Shown here: positions 55,181-64,000 of the stretch, in pieces | How the letters are laid out: each line of letters starts with the position of its first letter | Position numbering within the stretch: position 1 is the stretch's first letter | Assembly: GCA_964016885.1 (NCBI GenBank) | Contig: OZ024746.1 | Location: 6,696,001-6,760,000 of the forward strand | Length of the DNA: 64,000 nt | Source of the DNA: Eledone cirrhosa | Taxonomy: Eukaryota | Reading direction: 5' to 3' | Notes under the pieces: generated by a model | Told to the model about the DNA's origin: nothing | Databases searched by the model: none | Seen by the model: the letters and a program-made list of their open reading frames with translations, nothing else | Position numbers and translations under genes: made by a program

Positions 55181-55252
55181 AGTAATGTGTCTGTGATATA
55201 TATATATAATTGTGTGTGTGTGTGTGTGTGTGTGTGTAGTAATGTGTCAGTG

Positions 55253-55284
<32 letters not shown>

Positions 55285-55299
55285 AGTAATGTGTCTGTG

Positions 55300-55337
<38 letters not shown>

Positions 55338-55352
55338 AGTAATGTGTCAGTG

Positions 55353-55384
<32 letters not shown>

Positions 55385-55528
55385 AGTAATGTGTCTGTGA
55401 TATATATATATGTGTGTGTGTGTGTAGTAATGTGTCAGTGATATATATATATGTGTGTGTGTGTGTGTAGTAATGTGTCAGTGATATATATATATGTGTG
55501 TGTGTGTGTGTGTAGTAATGTGTCTGTG

Positions 55529-55566
<38 letters not shown>

Positions 55567-55618
55567 AGTAATGTGTCTGTGATATATATATATGTGTGTG
55601 TGTAGTAATGTGTCTGTG

Positions 55619-55654
<36 letters not shown>

Positions 55655-55714
55655 AGTAATGTGTCAGTGATATATATATATATGTGTGTGTGTGTGTGTA
55701 GTAATGTGTCTGTG

Positions 55715-55748
<34 letters not shown>

Positions 55749-55763
55749 AGTAATGTGTCTGTG

Positions 55764-55797
<34 letters not shown>

Positions 55798-55812
55798 AGT
55801 AATGTGTCTGTG

Positions 55813-55843
<31 letters not shown>

Positions 55844-55845
55844 CT
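53840..55845. repeat. Compound (TG)n/(TA)n minisatellite with fixed AGTAATGTGTCWGTGA spacer
   Basis: Dozens of units with variable TG and TA lengths. Confidence 0.95.
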
Positions 55846-55963
55846 AGCTATCTCCCACAGAAACATATACACGACTCTAAAGAAGATTATGGTTTAATTA
55901 GAAAACCTAATCCTAATTGTTTTTACCTCCATTATTTCTGATAATCGTATTTCTTCTGTTCGA

Positions 55964-56100
55964 CTTATCGCTGACAATAGCATTATCACCTTATCGCTGA
56001 CAATAGCATCATCACCTTATCGCTGACAATAGCATTATCACCTTATCGCTGACAATAGGATTATCACCTTATCGCTGACAATAGCATTATCACCTTATCG
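55964..56100. repeat. 26-bp tandem repeat, ~5 copies
   Basis: CTTATCGCTGACAATAGCATTATCAC. Confidence 0.9.
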
Positions 56101-56285
56101 TTTTGCTTTGATATCTTTCGTAATTATACTCTGAATGGACTCAGAATCTTGTCTTCATCAATATCAACACCTCTTACAAGGTGGATCCTATTCCGCTCTA
56201 TCTTTAATACAGCAGAAATGACAGTACAGTCATGGAGGATCAGTAATATCTCGAGTGTAGTGTGGGAGAAGTACAGTCAATTGTG

Positions 56286-56630
56286 GGAGGGGCGGCTGAA
56301 ACGTCCATAGGCTATGAAGGAGTGATGCTAGAGCTGTGAAATCTTTCATGCATTAATTTCACCCCTTATTATTGATAATTGCATTGTTTCTTTCCATGGA
56401 CTATGTTGAATAATAAACCTCATTTGGTCATTCCATGAGAGTATCTTGGTCAAAGGCTGATTATGAAGGAGTGATGCTAGGGCTGTAAAATCTTGTATGT
56501 ATTAGTTTCAACTCTTCTTATTAATAACTGCATTGTTTCTTTCCAGGGACTATGTTGTAAAATAAACCTCATTTGGTCATTCCATGAAAGTATCTTGGTC
56601 AGCCTATGAACTTTTCAACCGACCCTCGTA
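56286..56630. mobile_element. Mariner-type MITE
   Basis: Imperfect TIRs GAGGGGCGGCTGAAACGTCCATAGGCT / AGCCTATGAACTTTTCAACCGACCCTCGTA; internal direct duplication. Confidence 0.6.
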
Positions 56631-57096
56631 TAAAGCACCCGTAATTGATTGGTTCTTTGATTTATAGATTCCTAGATCGATGAAAGCTAAAGTGGACATC
56701 AGCAAGTTATGAGTTTGTAAGCTGAGAACATAAAAGAGATGTAAGGAAGTACGGTGAAGCACTTTACCTGTCAATCTACTGACAGGTAAATACTAGCACT
56801 GAAACTATTTCTAGAAGATGGATCTACTTAAATGACTCATTCTTCGTCACATTACCCGAATTTTATTTTAACCACCTACTCCCACAGAAGTTTAAAAAGT
56901 AAACACAACATGCCCCCTCGTCTTGATTTTTAGTTGTAATCCCTTCAAAGTCGATAAATTAAGTATCCTTGATGAACCAGAGTTGATTAAAGCCACAACA
57001 CCCTTCAGCAAGATTTATGTTCTTCCGTTCAAACTAGAAATCAATATCTTCAGGTTTCATGTACTTTTAAATCATATGACCTGTTAAATCTTGTTA

Positions 57097-57576
57097 TCTA
57101 AACTATAATAAAGTAAGGAGTGCGGGACTGCATCCAGAATATATTGTTTTATCCCGTTTGTAAAATAAGTTGGATTAATTTGAATAAATAATGAATGAAT
57201 ATTACATAATTTATCTACTAGATAAATTATGGCTGTTGATTAAATATATTTTATTGCTTATTTAAAGATTCACTTCTTTAAAATGTTCAAATGTCAACAC
57301 TTCCGGTTAGCGATCGCTTAAATTCATATATTTCCGTCACTAATTTTCTCCTAATGCAGTTTATATATAATATCGTCTTTTTTTAATGTATCATGGATTA
57401 CTTTACTGATTACATAAGACAGTGTAACGCAGTCTTCGTTCAATTTCTGTGTATATTGTCAATTACGATTGTATTTGATGTATCATATCTACATGTATAT
57501 ATACTTGCGTATAATATCAATATACACACTACACATGCTAGCAGAAAACCACCCAATGGGGCGGTTTTTCTGCTAG
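57097..57576 (+). mobile_element. Non-autonomous Helitron, same family as 52476-52957
   Basis: High similarity to the reverse complement of 52476-52957; TC start, hairpin + CTAG end. Confidence 0.75.
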
Positions 57577-57996
57577 CATGATCACGTGCCACCCACTTTG
57601 TGATAGTCGATCGTGTCCAGGAAGTGTAAATGTGCGCATCTACTAGACAAAAATGCAATAAATTTCTTCACATAGTTCTATAAAAAAATCACTAAATTAA
57701 AATTCCCAGCATTGTAACCGGGTTGTGGGCAGGATAAGTGTTGGAAAGGATTGTACTATTTAATCAAAGATAGAGGGTCATGAATTATGACCCTTTTCAT
57801 GACATCCCTGGTACCTAGACCAAATACCTGCAACAACGTGGATTTCATTAAAGCTACCTAAATCTAGTAGTTGTAGTTTGTTGGTGAGTAGATCTTTGTT
57901 AAACGTTTTCATAGCAAACTACCCAAAATCGGCTCTGGGTAGTACTCGGGAAGAGGGAGAAAAAAGTGGAAAGCGACGTGAGGAATAGAACCCTGT

Positions 57997-58073
<77 letters not shown>

Positions 58074-59135
58074 CTGAGGTTTTCGAATATTAATAACATT
58101 CGATTCGTTTGCAATTATGCAAACAAGCCTCAATTTTATAGCCATATCAGTAGAATGAAACCTTCATTCTTGCTCTTGTGTTGGTATGTGAACAGAACTG
58201 CAGACAGTAATGTTTCTGGGTATCACCCTTCATCAGTACAGCTCACTGTTCACCTGCCAAACTGTCAGAGCTAGTAAAAATATATGCTATTTTCAAAAAA
58301 TACACAGTGACTGATCAGTCAGATCTGCATATTAGCAGATCCTCTGATCAGCCAGATTTGCATATCAGCAGACTGGCCAGTCAGTTTCCTGTATATGAAC
58401 GATAAATGGCCGGCTTTGCCAAATTCAAATAAAAAAGAAAATTTTCGCTCTACATGGCTGAATACAATAAATGTAATCTGAGTGTTTCGAATATTAATAA
58501 TTGTTTCTACTTTAGGCACAAGGCCAGCAATTACCCAGTGCATTACTGGTACTTTATTTTATCGACCCCGTAAGGATGAAAGGCAAAGTCAACCTCGGCG
58601 GGATTTGAACTCAGATCGTAAAGGGACGTAACTATGCTGGAAAGCATGGCGTCCGAATATTAATAATAACATTCGATTCGTTTGCAATTATGCTTGTTTG
58701 AGGCTTGTTTGCATAATTGGCAGTATCGGTAGAGGGTCGGACGCCATGCTTTCCAGCATAGTTACGTCCCTTTACGATCTGAGTTCAAATCCCGCCGAAG
58801 TTGACTTTGTCTTTCATCCATACGGGGTCGATAAAATAAAGTACCAGTAATGCACTGGGTAATTGCTGGCCTTGTGCCTAAAGTAGAAACAATTATTAAT
58901 ATTCGAAAAACTCAGATTACATATATTGTATTAGCCATGTAGGGCGAAAATTTTCTTTTATATATATATATATATATGTGTGTGTATGTGTGTGGAGGGG
59001 GGGCGTGTAGAAGGTGAGTAATATTGTAGAACAATAAAACTATGAATATATCAGATAAGTAGCACTCAACAGTTGGTAGTAGAACTGGAGTATATATTAA
59101 AGAAGAAATTAAAAGATGGTTAAAAAAGTTCCATA

Positions 59136-59205
59136 TATTTTATTATGCGCATTTCGTAAACAACATCATCCTGGGACAAAAATTGTGTCCTCATCAGATA
59201 AAATA
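59136..59205 (-). ncRNA. Minimal hammerhead ribozyme (inverted partner of 59300-59366)
   Basis: Same core and stems I/III on the minus strand; stem II differs by substitutions/indels. Confidence 0.7.
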
Positions 59206-59299
59206 AGGTAACATGATATGAGGCCTAAAAACACTTGTCAACAAAAGACTGGACACTTTCTTGTTGACAAGTGTTTTTAGGCCTCATATCATGTTACCT

Positions 59300-59366
59300 T
59301 ATTTTATCTGATGAGAACACAATTTTTGTCCCAGGATGATGTTTTCGAAATGCGCATAATAAAATA
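59300..59366 (+). ncRNA. Minimal hammerhead ribozyme
   Basis: TATTTTAT CTGATGA GAACA...TGTTTTC GAAA TGCGCA TA ATAAAATA; 8-bp stem I. Confidence 0.75.
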
Positions 59367-59398
59367 TATGGAACTTTTTTAACCATCTTTTAATTTCT

Positions 59399-59449
<51 letters not shown>

Positions 59450-60889
59450 TTCAGCATACCATAGTCTCTCATATCAAGCCAGAATCAATTTCTAAAAGCC
59501 ATCATGATTCCCAGTCTGTGATTCCTGATTCCAGTGGCAAATACCACAAGAACCATTAGTTCAGCATATATATATATAGTATGTGTGTGTGTTCAGCTCA
59601 GTGAGAGCCCGACCTCCAGACATATATCTACGACCCATATTAGTGAGGTTACATTCCAGGCAAAGAATGGAAAATGATATATATGTTATTCGTAATTCCT
59701 CGATAATTCTCGTTTTCAAAAGCTATCACGAGATTTGTAATAATAATAATAATGTTTCTAAAATTTCTAGCTTTTGGCGGCATTATATTCTGCATAAAAA
59801 TCGTGACTCCAATCAAGAAATGACTTTAACTTTACTGTTCTTTCGAATAATGAATATTTCTTGTAATATAATTTTATAAAAATTACTTGCACCGAACAGC
59901 GAAGACTGGTTGCTGCTTCTTCTCAATATGTATTCATTAGGCTGTGTTTGTAGTTTCAACAGCTAGATATTGATTTGCTCAATTAGTAGAATTTTAAAAG
60001 CTTCAATCGTTTTGTTGAGTCATATAAGGTTTATACCCCAGGTAAGGTATTTAATGCTCTTGTCAGAAATCATGGTTCTCTACTTATAGTTAGTTATATA
60101 AGTTCTCTGATTAAATATATTTCCAGAATATAGTCAATGTATTTTGATCAGACTGTATTTTCCTTTAGATTTAAAAGTGGAATAGCATTGAAATCATCAT
60201 CATCATCATCATCATCATCAGGTTTAGCGTCCGTGTTCCACGCTTGCATGGGTTTGGACGGGGGTTTTCCCACTTGAGGCAAGAGTGGTTGTCTTGCTCG
60301 CATAGGACTGTCTGGCGGGTTTTCTACAGTTGGATGCCCTTCCTAACACCAACCACATTTATGTATTTCTAAATATGTGTGGCACTCCGTCGGTTACGAC
60401 AACGAGTCTTCCAGCTGTTATGAGCAACACAACAACCTGCTCGTGCAAGTGGCTGAACATTCCACAGACACGCGTACCATAAACGTAGTTTTCAGGGAGA
60501 TTCAGCGTGACACAGAATGTGACAAGGCTGGCCATTCGAACTACAGGTACAACTCATTTTTACCAGCTCAGTGGACTTGAGCAACGTGAAATTAAGTGTC
60601 TTGTTCAAGGATACAACACACCACCGGGAATCGAACTCACGACTTTACGATCGTGAGCCGTATACCCCCACAAAGCCACGCATCTTAACATGTTTCTAAG
60701 TACACAAGCAATATTTCAGAATAACATATATGTCGTTGATAAACAAATATAAACGCAACAAACACGGTCCTGGCCAGGAAGCTGACAAAAACAACACCAA
60801 AATGCAGGACTAGAGCGAGAGAGTAGCAAGAAGAAAAACGACCATCAATTCATCACCAAGTGCGACAATCGATCGCACATGATATAGGG

Positions 60890-61000
60890 TTAATGGAACA
60901 ATTTGAGACAAACCAACACTCGCAGCATTATCACGGGTGATGGTGAGGCTAAGATGCTGAAACAACCAGGCACCCTCACGGGCATCACTTGACACAATAT
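60890..61000 (-). mobile_element. CRE-like element extreme C-terminal remnant
   Basis: DAREGAWLFQHLSLTITRDNAASV (E...L.QRLS..I.R.NAA motif). Confidence 0.55.
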
Positions 61001-61529
61001 TATTTATACAACTGTGAATCAAATACTATATAAGAAATATGAATGAATATTTCAATATTATTCAGTTGAAATAAACTCCTGTCGACGTATTCTTGAATTT
61101 TCGAAATATAAAGTCACTTATTCCAATATATATTATTCGGAAATCTCAATAAGTTGCAAAAGAAATGAAACAAATCTTTTTATATATGCTCTTATTAATA
61201 ATTGTTTCTACTTTTGGCACAAGGCCAGCAATTATCTCAGTGTATTACTGGTACTTTATTTTATCAACCCCGTAAAGATGAAAGGCAAAGTAAACCTCGC
61301 CGGGATTTGAACTCAGACCATAAAGGGGCCATAACTCTCTGCTGCAAAGCATGGCGTCAGACCCTCTACCAATACTGCCAAATGAATGCTAAAAATAATT
61401 GTTAAACGGACTTACGAGAGAACGCTGAAACGTTCCTAAATAGAGGAGGATCAGTTAATAATGATTCTATTCAATATATTCCCCTAAACTCTGATTCACA
61501 CACTTATTGCAGCATTCATACCTCCTGCT

Positions 61530-61890
61530 ATATGCAATATGCTGCTGAACGAGGATAAATTTGAATTAATCTACTTTGGAAAAGAGGATGCACTGAAACT
61601 TTCCTGTTCCCTTCCTTCAGGTGAAACTCTTGTGGCATCCAACATCAGAGATCTGGGAGTAATTGTGGACAACAACATAAGCTGAGCCACTCATATAAAC
61701 AGCAAAGTTGACATGGCCTGTAGAATGTGTTCCAGGATTCAGAACTTTCCAGTTGAGAGATATCTACACTACTATCTCCCTTTCCTCCACTTTTGCCTGA
61801 CCCCACCTTGAATATTGTTGTCCAGGCCTCCCCATACGGAACAAAGTATTATGAAAATTGAAGCGCCTCAAATGTCAATTACAAAAAAGA
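61530..61890 (+). mobile_element. CR1/L2-type LINE RT fragment
   Basis: NMLLNEDKFELI, IRDLGVIVDNN, PHLEYCCP with stops. Confidence 0.7.
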
Positions 61891-61899
61891 TAGCTATAT

Positions 61900-62520
61900 A
61901 TGGATATAACCATCCCCAACTGAGAGCAGCCAATTTGGCTGGCTTGGGATCTACCCCTGGATTTTGACCATAAAATCTGTCCAGTGATTCTTTCCTGAAA
62001 CATTCTAACCACATGCCCATAGAATAGGAGTTGTGATCTCTCAATTTGGAGAAGTAGCAGATTTACCTGGAGTGACTCTCTGATCTCCGAGCTACGCACT
62101 CTATCGGGTAACATTACTGCAAAGACCCTTTGGAGGTACCCCATTAACGGTCGCTTATATTCACAATCGTATTCTTTCGGTCATTACCCAAGATTCATGA
62201 CCATAGGTAAGGGTTGGCAGGAATACCGAATTGAAGATAGCAAGTTTGATTTTTACACCTACTTCCCTTCTTCTGTTTACCAGATGCTGAAGCTGATGCA
62301 TTACTGCACCAGCTTCAGCAATTCTTGCACTTAATTCAACCTCCTGCCTTCCATCACTCATGAACATGGCCCCGAGATACTTTAACTTCTCTAACTGCTT
62401 CAGTGGACCTCCATTTACATGTAGAGTGCACTGTGCAGGAGGCTTCCTTGAGAGGAAGTGTCTCTGTTTTTGCAGCACTGATTTTCATTCAATCCAAGCA
62501 GCACTTGGCATCAAACCTAT
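61900..62520 (-). mobile_element. RTE-clade LINE RT C-terminal fragment
   Basis: LKYLGAMF..DGR...E..ARI..A, PTLTYGHESW, VRSSEIRESL, IERSQL..YGHVVRM. Confidence 0.85.
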
Positions 62521-62800
62521 CAAGTACATGTCAGAGATCAAATTCTGCCAAGTTAAGTAATACCATGTCATTTTGCTTTGTAATTCTTATTTACTAAAAT
62601 AATATCAACATAAATTTTAAAGAAAAACTTTTATCTAAAATAATTACTATAGGAAAATAAGACAGGGTAATTTATTTATCTATAGAAACTAAGATTGATA
62701 GCTTACTTATAGTTTGTACATAGCAGTCCTAATTTTTTTTATTAAATTAATTTGAATCATTAATGAAAAACCTCACTTCAGTGGATTGGATGTTGTTTAT

Positions 62801-62957
62801 TTACAATTTGGCAACAGAATGTAACATAGCTTCAATGCGACTGTCATTGCGAATAACATTTGCTTTTATAGTGGCAATGATTTCTAGTTGATCTTTTATA
62901 GCATGGTCTAATGTAGTCAGCTGCAGTTTTAATGGCTGAAGAGCTTTCTCAGTGATT
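62801..62957 (-). CDS. TRAF3IP1: Last coding exon of TRAF3-interacting protein 1 (IFT54/MIP-T3), C-terminal coiled coil
   Basis: ITEKALQPLKLQLTTLDHAIKDQLEIIATIKANVIRNDSRIEAML matches the IFT54 pattern EPLK.EL..L...IKDQ...I...KANI..N...I..M; tttcAG acceptor; TAA at 62803-62801; AATAAA downstream (62743-62738, 62676-62671). Confidence 0.85.
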
Positions 62958-64000
62958 CTGAAATATAAAAAATATATATCAAACATAATATATACAAAAT
63001 ATAATAAAGTTATCAGTTTTTTTTTTTATTATATTTAATCTATCAAATAAGTTTAGCCTCCATCTGGTGAATTTATATGCAGGTCATGATTCTCTGAATA
63101 GACTTAAATCTTAGCTTAAATATAATTAACAGCAACTGGTTTAAAATACCCAAAGAAAAGAAGGTATACTGATAGAAAAAGAACATTTTTCCCCAATAGT
63201 AGTGATTTTCTTTTCTAAAAGTGAATTTATGTTTTAAAGAAAGGAGATTTTTTTCTTTGTTTTTATTTTTACTAAAAATTCCATGAATTTTTGTAACATA
63301 TCAAAGACAACAAATATAGTGTGGAAAATGGACATTAAACAGTGATGATGATGATGATAGAGAAACTTCATGGCATGTGTCAGTCTCAGTTTATAAGCCA
63401 TTTTCTACTCCATAAAAAGAGAATCAAAACAAAAAGAAAAGAAAAAAAATACAAATTGTATTTCTGGTTTCAGCTTTTTAGGAAATTTTACATTGAGAAG
63501 GACAGACGGAAGTTTTTTAAGTTTTCTTTAAAAACAACATTTATATATTCCTTTTTTTTTTTTTTTTTTTTAGGAAAAAAAAAAATTATATTTAACCAAG
63601 TCCCGAAACTGTTCTGAATCCTGAAACAAATGTCGTTCAGTTTGGGATATACATTTTCCCATTACCAAATATTCAATTCATTAGGTGCTAAGTCATTCAG
63701 TTAAATAAATGTTTCAAACAGTTTTTATTGCCAATGTCATTCTAAAAATCTCAATCATGATCAATTTAATATATCTCTCAAATCTGGCATGAGTTGAAGA
63801 ATTTTGGCAGAAGTTTAGTTTTTTTTATGGTTCAACGCTTTTCTTTGGTGCTTTACAGAATAGATTCAACGTAACTATTATGTGACTAATACAAAGCTTT
63901 ATGTTTTCCAAGGTGTAGAGAAATCATCACCACCATATAAACTATTAGTTTATTACAGTAAATATAATTTCAAATTACCATCTTTATAAGAAAAATAGAG

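Overview
Eukaryotic, AT-rich, microsatellite-saturated DNA. The SINE families and repeat landscape look cephalopod (octopus-like); this is inferred by recognition, not by a search. Most of the supplied ORFs are microsatellite or minisatellite artefacts. Two real minus-strand genes are visible: four coding exons (8998->3166) of a signal-peptide + C-type-lectin protein resembling the N-terminus of invertebrate contactin, and the last coding exon of TRAF3IP1/IFT54 (62957->62801). The ~54 kb between them holds decayed Penelope-like elements (PLEs, several with a CxCx5Cx5C + GIY-YIG module), RTE/CR1/CRE/RLE-type LINE fragments, four non-autonomous Helitrons, hAT and mariner remnants, many tRNA-derived SINEs, and 26-52 bp minisatellites. 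The most striking unannotated signal is about a dozen minimal type-I hammerhead ribozyme motifs (CUGANGA...GAAA, palindromic stem III, NUH cleavage triplet), some intact and some decayed. They sit in short non-coding elements inserted into (TA)n tracts, nearly always as head-to-head inverted pairs. One locus (41195-42325) has a 471-nt tandem unit with two perfect hammerheads and looks like a retrozyme.
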